Shown here in pieces: positions 18,724 to 26,488 of a stretch of DNA of 64,000 nucleotides. Each line of letters begins with the position of its first letter. Positions within the stretch are counted from its first letter, which is position 1. Position numbers and translations under genes: made by a program. The stretch is from NCBI GenBank assembly GCA_045117995.1, contig JBGUOH010000005.1, positions 13,913-77,912 on the forward strand, in the 5' to 3' direction. Below the pieces are notes generated by a model. The model was not told the DNA's origin, did not search any database, and saw only the letters and a list, made by a program, of their open reading frames with translations. Source of the DNA: Bacilli bacterium. GTDB taxonomy: Bacteria; Bacillota_I; Bacilli_A; RFN20; CAG-826.

Positions 18724-20952
18724 ATGAAAAAAAGACATTTCCTTTTGAGCGCTCTTAGCTTGCTAGCTTTAACAATTACCGCTTGTAACTTTACTATCGG
18801 TGGTAATGGTGAACAAACTAGTAAAGATGATTCCACTTCACAAAGTGAAAGTAATGTTTCTTCTATCGAAAGCAAAGAAAGTAGCTCAACCACAATATCC
18901 ACAAATCCTAGTAGTTCAAAACCATCAAGTTCTTCCTCTACTAGTTCATCCACAAGTAGCAGCTCCTCTAGTTCAAGTAGCGCTTCTTCAAGTAGTAACT
19001 CATCCAGCAGTACTTCTTCCAGCAGCAGTTCATCTAGCAGTAGCTCGTCCAGCAGTAGTAGTTCTTCGTCAAGTTCTAGTAGCTCCTCTTCTAGCTCTTC
19101 AACTTCAAGTAGTTCTACATCCACTAGTTCAATAGACACTTCGTCATCCTCTAGCTCTTCCAGTAGTAGTTCTTCAGGTCATGACACTCCAAAAGAAGTA
19201 TCTCTAGATATCTTCGCCTTTAATGATACCCATGGTAACGTTAAGGATACTCAAGGTAAAGGTATTGGCATTGCTAAAACCACAACTCTATTGAAAGAGT
19301 TATCCGCGAACAAGAACTCCATTTTCATCTCTCAAGGTGATATGTGGCAAGGTTCTGTTGAAAGTAACTTAACCGAAGGTCATTTGGTTACCGAATGGAT
19401 GAATCAAATGGATTTCGTTTCCATGACTGTTGGTAACCACGAATTTGACTGGGGTAGACAAGGCATTATCGATAATAGTGAACTCGCTAATTTCCCAACC
19501 TTAGGTATTAACGTTGTTTATCAAAGCAATTACGAACGCGTTGAATTCTTAGAACCTTCTACTACATTTACAAGAGAAGGTGTAAAAATCGGTGTTATCG
19601 GTGCGATTGGTAACTGCTTAAGCTCTATTTCCAGTAGCCAAGTCCAAGGTCTTACCTTCTTAACAGGTAATGCTTTATCAGAACTCGTTAAAGCGGAATC
19701 CACTAGATTAAGAAATGAAGAAAACTGTGACTTCATTATTTATTCCATCCATGGTTCTGGTTCTAGAGACGCCGATGACTATTATGATGATACATTAAGC
19801 TCAGGCAACTATGTTGACTTAGTCTTAGAAGGCCATACACATGATGGTTATGCCGAACAAGATGACTATGGTGTTTACCATGTCCAATGCTATGGTTATA
19901 ACCAATGCTTCTATCAAATCACTGTTGATATGGATTTAGTCAACAATAGATATGACGTCAGAACTCCAGTGGAATACGATACCAGATACGGTGGTGAGTA
20001 CTCCAACTTAGCGGAAGACGCAGATGTTCTCGCCTTATTTGAAAAGTATAAAGACCAATATGAATATGCCTATGAAGAATTAGGTCTTAACGATACATGG
20101 AAAGACGCCACAACATTAAGACAAACTGTCGCTAACTTATACTTAGCAGCAGGTATGGAAAAATGGGGCAGCCAATATGACTTAATCCTCGGTGGTGGTT
20201 ATATATCTTGCCGTGGTAATGGTTTACATGCTGGTATGGTTATCTACGCTGATGTTCTTGAATTATTCCCATTTAACAACGATGTTGTCTTGTGTTCTAT
20301 TCAAGGCTATCGTCTCAAGAACACACAATACATCACCGGTAGCAGTAACTACTTCTGCGATTGGACATCATATGGCAACGATATTCGTTTCAACATTGAT
20401 GACAACGCAACATATTATCTCGTTACTGATACATACAACAGTGACTACGCTGCGAACCATTTAACAATTATCGATAGGTTACAAGCAGGTGGTAGATTCG
20501 CTAGAGACTTACTTGCTGAATACATTAGAGCAGGTAACTGGCATATTGAAACAACAGAACACGCTGGTACAGTTAGCGATCCAAAGACCATTGCGGAAGC
20601 TTTAGTGTACGCCGCTAACCACCCAGGTAGTAACGCCAACGATGCTGGTGCAGAAGGTTTCTTCTTCAAAGGTATTGTCTCGAGACAAGCCAATCTACAC
20701 AGCAACACAACTGGTGACTTGCGTTCCGTTTATGTAAGAGACGAGAATTCCACTGAAGAAATGCAAATCTATTACATGAAGAAATGCGAAGATGCAAACC
20801 TAGATAATGGCAAAAACTGGTCAGGTATTGACGATTTGCAAATCGACGATGAAATAGTTTTCTGGGGTAGACCATTCTACTATAATTCCAATATTTTGGA
20901 ATTCTCCAGTGGTGCATGGTGTTACTCCATTAATGGAGTATTGACCGACTAA
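18724..20952 (+). CDS. Surface lipoprotein: Ser-rich linker, 5'-nucleotidase/metallophosphoesterase, and an extra C-terminal domain
   Basis: Signal peptide with lipobox (LALTITAC). About 100-residue poly-Ser tract. Metallophosphoesterase motifs FNDTHGN, GDMWQGS, GNHEFD, GHTH. 5'-nucleotidase C-terminal-like segment (ELFPFNN). About 150 additional C-terminal residues. Confidence 0.8.
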   Translation: MKKRHFLLSALSLLALTITACNFTIGGNGEQTSKDDSTSQSESNVSSIESKESSSTTISTNPSSSKPSSSSSTSSSTSSSSSSSSSASSSSNSSSSTSSSSSSSSSSSSSSSSSSSSSSSSSSSSSTSSSSTSTSSIDTSSSSSSSSSSSSGHDTPKEVSLDIFAFNDTHGNVKDTQGKGIGIAKTTTLLKELSANKNSIFISQGDMWQGSVESNLTEGHLVTEWMNQMDFVSMTVGNHEFDWGRQGIIDNSELANFPTLGINVVYQSNYERVEFLEPSTTFTREGVKIGVIGAIGNCLSSISSSQVQGLTFLTGNALSELVKAESTRLRNEENCDFIIYSIHGSGSRDADDYYDDTLSSGNYVDLVLEGHTHDGYAEQDDYGVYHVQCYGYNQCFYQITVDMDLVNNRYDVRTPVEYDTRYGGEYSNLAEDADVLALFEKYKDQYEYAYEELGLNDTWKDATTLRQTVANLYLAAGMEKWGSQYDLILGGGYISCRGNGLHAGMVIYADVLELFPFNNDVVLCSIQGYRLKNTQYITGSSNYFCDWTSYGNDIRFNIDDNATYYLVTDTYNSDYAANHLTIIDRLQAGGRFARDLLAEYIRAGNWHIETTEHAGTVSDPKTIAEALVYAANHPGSNANDAGAEGFFFKGIVSRQANLHSNTTGDLRSVYVRDENSTEEMQIYYMKKCEDANLDNGKNWSGIDDLQIDDEIVFWGRPFYYNSNILEFSSGAWCYSINGVLTD
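18882..19176 (+). repeat. Low-complexity serine-codon tract (mixed AGY/TCN)
   Basis: Almost uninterrupted Ser/Thr coding with imperfect short direct repeats such as AGTAGCTCCTCT. The antisense ORF 18675-19139 is an artefact of this tract. Confidence 0.9.
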
Positions 20953-20973
20953 CGTTATACAAATCAGCTAAAA

Positions 20974-21003
20974 AACACTTCGAATTTCGGAGTGTTTTTA
21001 TTT
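20974..21003 (+). terminator. Intrinsic terminator after the lipoprotein gene
   Basis: Stem AACACTTC/GGAGTGTT followed by TTTTATTT. Confidence 0.65.
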
Positions 21004-21032
21004 GCCTTCGCTTGCCCGTATACGTAAAATGC

Positions 21033-21061
21033 TTGCAATTGCGTAAGATATTCTATATTAT
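21033..21061 (+). promoter_or_regulatory. Promoter for the riboswitch-controlled operon (TTGCAA-17-TATTAT)
   Basis: -35 at 21033-21038 and -10 at 21056-21061. The predicted TSS lies just upstream of the aptamer. Confidence 0.5.
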
Positions 21062-21063
21062 GT

Positions 21064-21140
21064 ATGCGTGATAAAAGCAAAACCGGAGCAATCCGGCGAC
21101 GCAAAACTATAGGGTCTTTAGTAGATAGCCAGTTGCCGCA
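21064..21140 (+). promoter_or_regulatory. c-di-GMP-I (GEMM-I) riboswitch aptamer
   Basis: GCAAAA, then hairpin CCGGA-GCAA-TCCGG (GNRA loop, 21083-21096), then C-GACGCAAA (21097-21105), then P3 CTAT...ATAG (21107-21128), then CCAGTTGCCG. This matches GEMM-I hallmarks as I recall them. Confidence 0.75.
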
Positions 21141-21157
21141 AAGGTAACTGATTTTTT
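21130..21157 (+). terminator. Riboswitch expression platform: intrinsic terminator sharing its 5' arm with the aptamer
   Basis: Stem CAGTTGCC/GGTAACTG (one G-T pair), loop GCAAA, then ATTTTTT. ATG of the first gene is at 21169. Confidence 0.7.
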
Positions 21158-21168
21158 ATTAAAAGAAC

Positions 21169-22125
21169 ATGGCATTAAGCAACAAGAACAAAAGGACAAT
21201 CACAATTATCGCCGCATCAATGATGTGTGTTTTCACTGCGTGCGTGACCGCCACTAGTGTTCTTGCGTGGTTCTCCACCAATAAAAACGTTAATGCTGAT
21301 CATGGTAGTTTCAATATTGCTAAAGTCGATAGTGCAGTTACCGCTATTACAGTCCATGACTTCTATGGTTTAACAAGCGATGAAAGCGAATTTGGTTTCA
21401 ATCCAACCGCTAATCATACAATTACATGGGATGAACATAATGGTAGTGACTCTGGTGAATTCACTATGGGTTCATATTCTTTGAATGACCCACATCATCC
21501 AGTTATGTTCTTATTCGCTGTTGATGGTTCCAATGAAAGAATCACTCTTAAAACTGATTCCACATATTTAGCAAAGATTGAACCAGCCTTCACAGAAACA
21601 GTGGCCACCTATAGTGCGCTTTCTACATACGCTGAAGGCACAATGATTGAAGTCACCGCGGATGAAACACGTTATGGCTGTAAATCCGTCTATAAATACA
21701 CTAATTCTGAATTTGAACTTCAATGGGTCGATTTATTACAAATTAACAATCCATTAAGCTCAATTATCGATACACATTATGTCTTATTTGAAGACGATCC
21801 AAGAGATAACCAAGGTACATGTAGAACTAAATCTGGTTCTCTCGTTTTAGATGATGTCTCTACAAATAGAACATATATGCCAATTCAAAGCAGCCAATTA
21901 GGAGACAATAATCGCGCTAGCTTTGTCTCTTTCAACGCACAAGGTGAACCAGTCTTCGCCAATAGTGTGGATCTCTTCCAAGGTAGCACTAGAGGCTATT
22001 CTCACCTTGGCATTGTTATTGATTATTATGTTGAATCACTAGAATATTTATATTCTTTCTTCCTCGGCCACGTCTTCTTAAATGCTGGTCTTGGTTTTAT
22101 CTGTGACTGGAGCATGGAGGTCTAA
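21169..22125 (+). CDS. Secreted/anchored protein with a TasA/camelysin-like N-terminus (hypothetical)
   Basis: 318 aa. N-terminus KNKR, hydrophobic segment, FTAC, then VTATSVLA-WFSTNKNVNADHGSFNIAKVD. No other recognisable motif. Confidence 0.6.
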   Translation: MALSNKNKRTITIIAASMMCVFTACVTATSVLAWFSTNKNVNADHGSFNIAKVDSAVTAITVHDFYGLTSDESEFGFNPTANHTITWDEHNGSDSGEFTMGSYSLNDPHHPVMFLFAVDGSNERITLKTDSTYLAKIEPAFTETVATYSALSTYAEGTMIEVTADETRYGCKSVYKYTNSEFELQWVDLLQINNPLSSIIDTHYVLFEDDPRDNQGTCRTKSGSLVLDDVSTNRTYMPIQSSQLGDNNRASFVSFNAQGEPVFANSVDLFQGSTRGYSHLGIVIDYYVESLEYLYSFFLGHVFLNAGLGFICDWSMEV

Positions 22126-22126
22126 T

Positions 22127-25100
22127 ATGAGAAAGAATGTAAATAAGTTTATTGCATTAACTGGTATCTCTGGCTTCTCACTTGCCGCAGCGTGTATCGC
22201 TTCAGTAGCCTGGTTTATTTCTACCATCAAGATTACTGATATCAATGGTACAGGTACAACAGACGCTGCTTACTTTGCTTATGGTACAGGTACTGCTGAA
22301 GATCCATTCGGTATTAGTGAAATTAGACATTTGTCTAACCTTTCCTGGTTACAATACAAAGGTCAATTTGATGATCGACCATATTACTTTGAACTCGCTA
22401 ATGATATTAACGCTGATGGTGAAGAATATGTCATGCCACCAATTGGTACAGAAACTCACCCATTTATCGGTGTCTTTGATGGCCAAGGCTATTCCGTCAA
22501 TAACATCAAAATCACAAATGATTACACCCAATTTACTAAAAAGCCACATAACATTACCTATACACAATCTGAAGCGGAAGTTATCGGATTCTTTGGTGTG
22601 GTTGGTAATTTAGATGGTGAATCATTCTCATCTCAAACCAATTCTTTACATGATTTCACATTAGAAAATCTCACTGTTGAATCAAAAACAACCAACACGT
22701 TAATTGGTTTAGCCGCTGGATACATCAACGCTGATATGAGTGGTGTTAAGGTTGGTACGTCCACAATTAGCACTAACGGTAACTCCGCTAAGACTGCTTA
22801 TACAGATAAATTATCCGACTACGGTTTAGTGGGCTATACCACAAAAACTGGTTCATCAGGTACATTCGAACAAAGATTATCCCAATACTATAACAGTAAA
22901 TCCGATGGTGATGATCCAGGTTGGGGTGGTTCTATCGCTATTAAGGACCTTTATGGTCGTTTAGATACAATGCGTAGCAGCTATGCTTACTCTGATTCTA
23001 GTGGTAACACAGCTCTTTCATATACTGATGTTTATAATGCGGATGGGACAAGGGCAAGTCATACAAAGAGCAAAAGTATTGGCCAAGCTTTGTACAATTA
23101 CAATGAAACATCCGTTAAGAATGGCGTGACATACAACTCAAAAGTAGGTGCTCTCCAAGCAAACTATGGCAGTAATAACAATGGCGGTATTTATTATCTT
23201 TCCGGTGGCCATTATCTTGAAAAACAATACCGTGATTACACACCACATTCTGGCTGCAAGATTTATGATGGAAATGGCAATTATTTAGCTGTTAACAGCG
23301 TGACTACTGCTGGTACTAACAGTAATAACGCTGGAACTATAAAAAACACAGATTCAGACGGCGCTAGCTTGTGGAGCGTGCCAGCAAGTGGATCTGGTTA
23401 CATTTCTACTACATATTCTTACAATTACAATTCTCCAACGACTTATTATCTCTACGTTTACAACACAACTACGGTAAGATTATCTACAAGCACTAGCTAT
23501 CGTACTCAATTTACTAAATCGGTTGATCAAAACGGCAATATTCGATACACATACAATGGTTATTACCTTAGCTGTGTTTCTAACACATGGACAATGACAG
23601 AGTTACCAACCGCACCAAACCCAACAACATATAATTCATATTTTGCAAACAGTTACCAAATCTTTTATGGCAAAAACTATTTAAGCAGATCATCTACCTC
23701 CATTACTGGTTCTGCTACTGGTTTAACCGCTACCAATACTTATGGTTGGAAATTTAGAACTACCGGCAACAATGGACAAGATGTCACTCTTGAAAACGCT
23801 ATAGGCCAAAATATTTATATCTATACTCAATATAACAACAACACCTATTATTGGGTCGATAGTGATGATAGCCCTTACACAGTTGCTTTGAGCAATAGAC
23901 AAAACAACGCTAGTACATATCAAATTACTCGCGATGGTGATAACTATCGCATCACTGTTTCTGGATATGTTGTTGTTTATGATGAGACAAATAATGTGTT
24001 TTCTTCTAGATCTTCTAATACCATTAATTCGAGTACAACTTTACATCCAGGTTTGAGCATTGATACTACACAATCAATTCTTGCTAATTATGAGACACAG
24101 GTAGCTGCGACTTATAATATGGTTCCAACTTCACAGACAAGTGGTCAAGGTCCTGATCAATATCTCAATAGCTCAAGAACAACAGGTGGGATGAATTATT
24201 CTGAACAGGATGTCACATATTTACCAATTACAATTAATGGCAACAATAATTTGCAAGCAAAAGACACTAACACTGGTTATATTATCGGTGGTTCTTCTTA
24301 CACATCCACATCAAGTTCATACGGCTATGGTAACGTCAGAGTAGCTTCTTTCTATACTATTGCTGATAACTTAACGAACTACAATCGTACTAATGGTGCA
24401 TTTAATGAAGATAGTGTTTGGACTAGAGATGCAACTGGTTTGCATCAAATCGATGATGATAATAATTCGTTCGTAAAATATCTAGAATCCAAAGGTAAAG
24501 TTGAACAATCGCTAAGTGGTGGCTCAACTATTTATGGTCTTCACTTTATGTCCGCGGCTATTAATAAAGACAATGTTGTTAACGCTAAATATGCCATGAT
24601 CAATGGTGAAGAGTATTCCAACTATAAAATGCCAGCTAACTCAATTGACTTCAACTTGAAAGAACAAGGTTATGTCAATTTCTTTGCTGCCCCTTATGGC
24701 AATGATGGCGATGGTAATGCTCGTACTGTCGATAGTTTTTTCTCACTACACATGATTAAGAGAAACGGAACAAATGTTGATAATATTTACGAAATTGAAG
24801 AAGTTTACAGCGATGGTGTTCCATATCACTCATATATCTATAGATTCTCTAACGGCATGTATAGCATCCCATATTCAATCGATAAGTATAATCCTAAAAA
24901 GATTTACATTTTAAATACCAAGACACCATTAGATGATGTTGCTAATGGTGGCTATGCTGATGGAATATATACTCAAATTAATTCAACAACGTTCACCACA
25001 AATTACAGTAGCTTTAGTAGTGTTTTCCAAATGAGCTGGCTTAAAGATTATTCTTACGCTAGTGGTCAAAACGGCTTCCACCAAGGTTTCTATTTTGAAA

Positions 25101-25876
25101 TTCCTACTAACCCAGGTGAATATGCTTTAGGTACAGTTGCCAATAAATCATTCGGTGCATACTTAATGTATCTTGATATTGCCGCTAACGCAGCCAATAA
25201 AGACCAAGTCACTGCGTATGCAATTACCACTTTCCAATCTGGCTTAAAATTCCCATCAGGTGTTGATTTCAATGCTACTGATGTATCAGGTGATAATGGT
25301 GGTGAAACATTTGCGATTATTATCGCAGCAGGCGCTACAAGTGATGGCGATATTGGTTTCACTGTATCTGGAACCACAATTGCTTATGATGGCGATTTCG
25401 CCACGCAATATGCTTATAGCGAGAAACCAGCATCAGGGGCATCACCGCCTGCTGCGGCAGTCTTACCGCCTAGCACTGGTACTCGTGTCATATACACGCA
25501 TATTTTGACGACGGATTATCTCGAATGGGATATCCAGGTTACGGAAACATTAGACGCTAATGGTGATGCAACATCAACCACAATCACATCCGTTAGATGT
25601 GGTGGCGAACCAGTTACTGTTGAAGACATTCCAGAATCTTTCGTCTTGAACTCCATCAGACCACAAGTTAATAGTTACGTTGCTACCTTCACTAGATTAT
25701 CAGGTGAAAACGAATTTACTATTATCCCAACCTATGGTGGTGATGACTATAAGACAGTCAGCTTGGTTATCGAAATGAATGGTACAACCTTAGAAGTTAG
25801 CAATATCGCGACTGGATATACATTTACAATTAATGGTACTCCAGTGAGTAATAACTCTGTCTATCCTGCTTCCTAA
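22127..25876 (+). CDS. Giant (1249-aa) surface protein, beta-helix adhesin-like with lectin-like middle region (hypothetical)
   Basis: GGAGG at 22116-22120 before ATG 22127. N-terminus has LAAAC-IASVAWFISTIK. Then GTGTAEDPFGISEIRHL and FIGVFDGQGYSVNNIKI (parallel beta-helix/GLUG-like). N/T/Y-rich repeats with W-containing motifs follow. Confidence 0.65.
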   Translation: MRKNVNKFIALTGISGFSLAAACIASVAWFISTIKITDINGTGTTDAAYFAYGTGTAEDPFGISEIRHLSNLSWLQYKGQFDDRPYYFELANDINADGEEYVMPPIGTETHPFIGVFDGQGYSVNNIKITNDYTQFTKKPHNITYTQSEAEVIGFFGVVGNLDGESFSSQTNSLHDFTLENLTVESKTTNTLIGLAAGYINADMSGVKVGTSTISTNGNSAKTAYTDKLSDYGLVGYTTKTGSSGTFEQRLSQYYNSKSDGDDPGWGGSIAIKDLYGRLDTMRSSYAYSDSSGNTALSYTDVYNADGTRASHTKSKSIGQALYNYNETSVKNGVTYNSKVGALQANYGSNNNGGIYYLSGGHYLEKQYRDYTPHSGCKIYDGNGNYLAVNSVTTAGTNSNNAGTIKNTDSDGASLWSVPASGSGYISTTYSYNYNSPTTYYLYVYNTTTVRLSTSTSYRTQFTKSVDQNGNIRYTYNGYYLSCVSNTWTMTELPTAPNPTTYNSYFANSYQIFYGKNYLSRSSTSITGSATGLTATNTYGWKFRTTGNNGQDVTLENAIGQNIYIYTQYNNNTYYWVDSDDSPYTVALSNRQNNASTYQITRDGDNYRITVSGYVVVYDETNNVFSSRSSNTINSSTTLHPGLSIDTTQSILANYETQVAATYNMVPTSQTSGQGPDQYLNSSRTTGGMNYSEQDVTYLPITINGNNNLQAKDTNTGYIIGGSSYTSTSSSYGYGNVRVASFYTIADNLTNYNRTNGAFNEDSVWTRDATGLHQIDDDNNSFVKYLESKGKVEQSLSGGSTIYGLHFMSAAINKDNVVNAKYAMINGEEYSNYKMPANSIDFNLKEQGYVNFFAAPYGNDGDGNARTVDSFFSLHMIKRNGTNVDNIYEIEEVYSDGVPYHSYIYRFSNGMYSIPYSIDKYNPKKIYILNTKTPLDDVANGGYADGIYTQINSTTFTTNYSSFSSVFQMSWLKDYSYASGQNGFHQGFYFEIPTNPGEYALGTVANKSFGAYLMYLDIAANAANKDQVTAYAITTFQSGLKFPSGVDFNATDVSGDNGGETFAIIIAAGATSDGDIGFTVSGTTIAYDGDFATQYAYSEKPASGASPPAAAVLPPSTGTRVIYTHILTTDYLEWDIQVTETLDANGDATSTTITSVRCGGEPVTVEDIPESFVLNSIRPQVNSYVATFTRLSGENEFTIIPTYGGDDYKTVSLVIEMNGTTLEVSNIATGYTFTINGTPVSNNSVYPAS

Positions 25877-25906
25877 AGCATAATGTTTTTCAAAATAACA
25901 ATTATT

Positions 25907-25921
25907 TGTTAATATCAAAGT
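25907..25921 (+). promoter_or_regulatory. Extended -10 placed for a leaderless msrA
   Basis: TGtTAATAT at 25907-25915, then 6 nt (caaagt), then ATG 25922. There is no terminator between the giant gene and msrA. Confidence 0.4.
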
Positions 25922-26410
25922 ATGAAAACGATTTATCTAGCGGGTGGTTGTTTTTGGGGAGTTGAACATTACTTCTCCTTAGCCAAAGGTATTATGGAAA
26001 CGGAAGTTGGTTATGCCAATGGTACTTTAGATAACCCTAAATATGAAGATCTAAAGCATGGCTTAGATAACGCCAGTGAGACAGTGAAAATCATCTATGA
26101 TGAAAACATTATTTCATTAGAAAAAATCCTAGAACTCTATCTCAGAGTGGTGGATCCATATTCCGTTAATAAACAAGGTGAAGATGAAGGTGTGCAATAT
26201 CGTACAGGCATCTACTATTTAGATGAAAACGATAAATTCGTCATCGTTAACTATTTCACAAAAGTATTAAATCCTAACTACGCAATTGAAGTTACAAGAC
26301 TCAATAAATTCTTCAAAGCAGAAGAATATCATCAGGATTATTTAAATAAGAATCCTCAAGGGTATTGCCATATCAATATGATGAAACTTCTACCTGAAGA
26401 AAGAAAGTAG
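25922..26410 (+). CDS. msrA: Peptide methionine (S)-sulfoxide reductase MsrA
   Basis: 162 aa with the GCFWG active-site motif; also YRTGIYY and EEYHQDYL. Confidence 0.93.
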   Translation: MKTIYLAGGCFWGVEHYFSLAKGIMETEVGYANGTLDNPKYEDLKHGLDNASETVKIIYDENIISLEKILELYLRVVDPYSVNKQGEDEGVQYRTGIYYLDENDKFVIVNYFTKVLNPNYAIEVTRLNKFFKAEEYHQDYLNKNPQGYCHINMMKLLPEERK

Positions 26411-26426
26411 TTACGTATAACAAGAT

Positions 26427-26452
26427 AGTCATTTCTCGCAAATGACTTTTTT
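26427..26452 (+). terminator. Intrinsic terminator after msrA
   Basis: Stem AGTCATTT/AAATGACT followed by T6. Confidence 0.8.
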
Positions 26453-26488
26453 GTTGATAATAAAGCGAACACAAAAGAGGAATATACT

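Noticed and set aside
18727-18733. A7 homopolymer at codons 2-4 of the lipoprotein gene as a slipped-strand phase-variation switch.
   Set aside because: The tract is short, and AAA Lys runs at signal-peptide N-termini are common in AT-rich genomes. There is no evidence of variation from a single sequence.
18675-19139. 154-aa Leu/Glu-rich ORF on the minus strand, and a 111-aa + frame ORF at 18800-19135.
   Set aside because: These are alternative-frame readings of the poly-serine codon tract of the lipoprotein gene, an artefact of repeat composition.
21078-21082. Riboswitch being a cGAMP-selective GEMM-Ib variant (A at the G20-equivalent position).
   Set aside because: My first alignment put an A at position 20. 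After re-registering against Vc2 so that G20, A47 and C92 all fall on conserved nucleotides, the equivalent base is the G of GCAAA. The element therefore looks like the c-di-GMP class. This still needs experimental confirmation.
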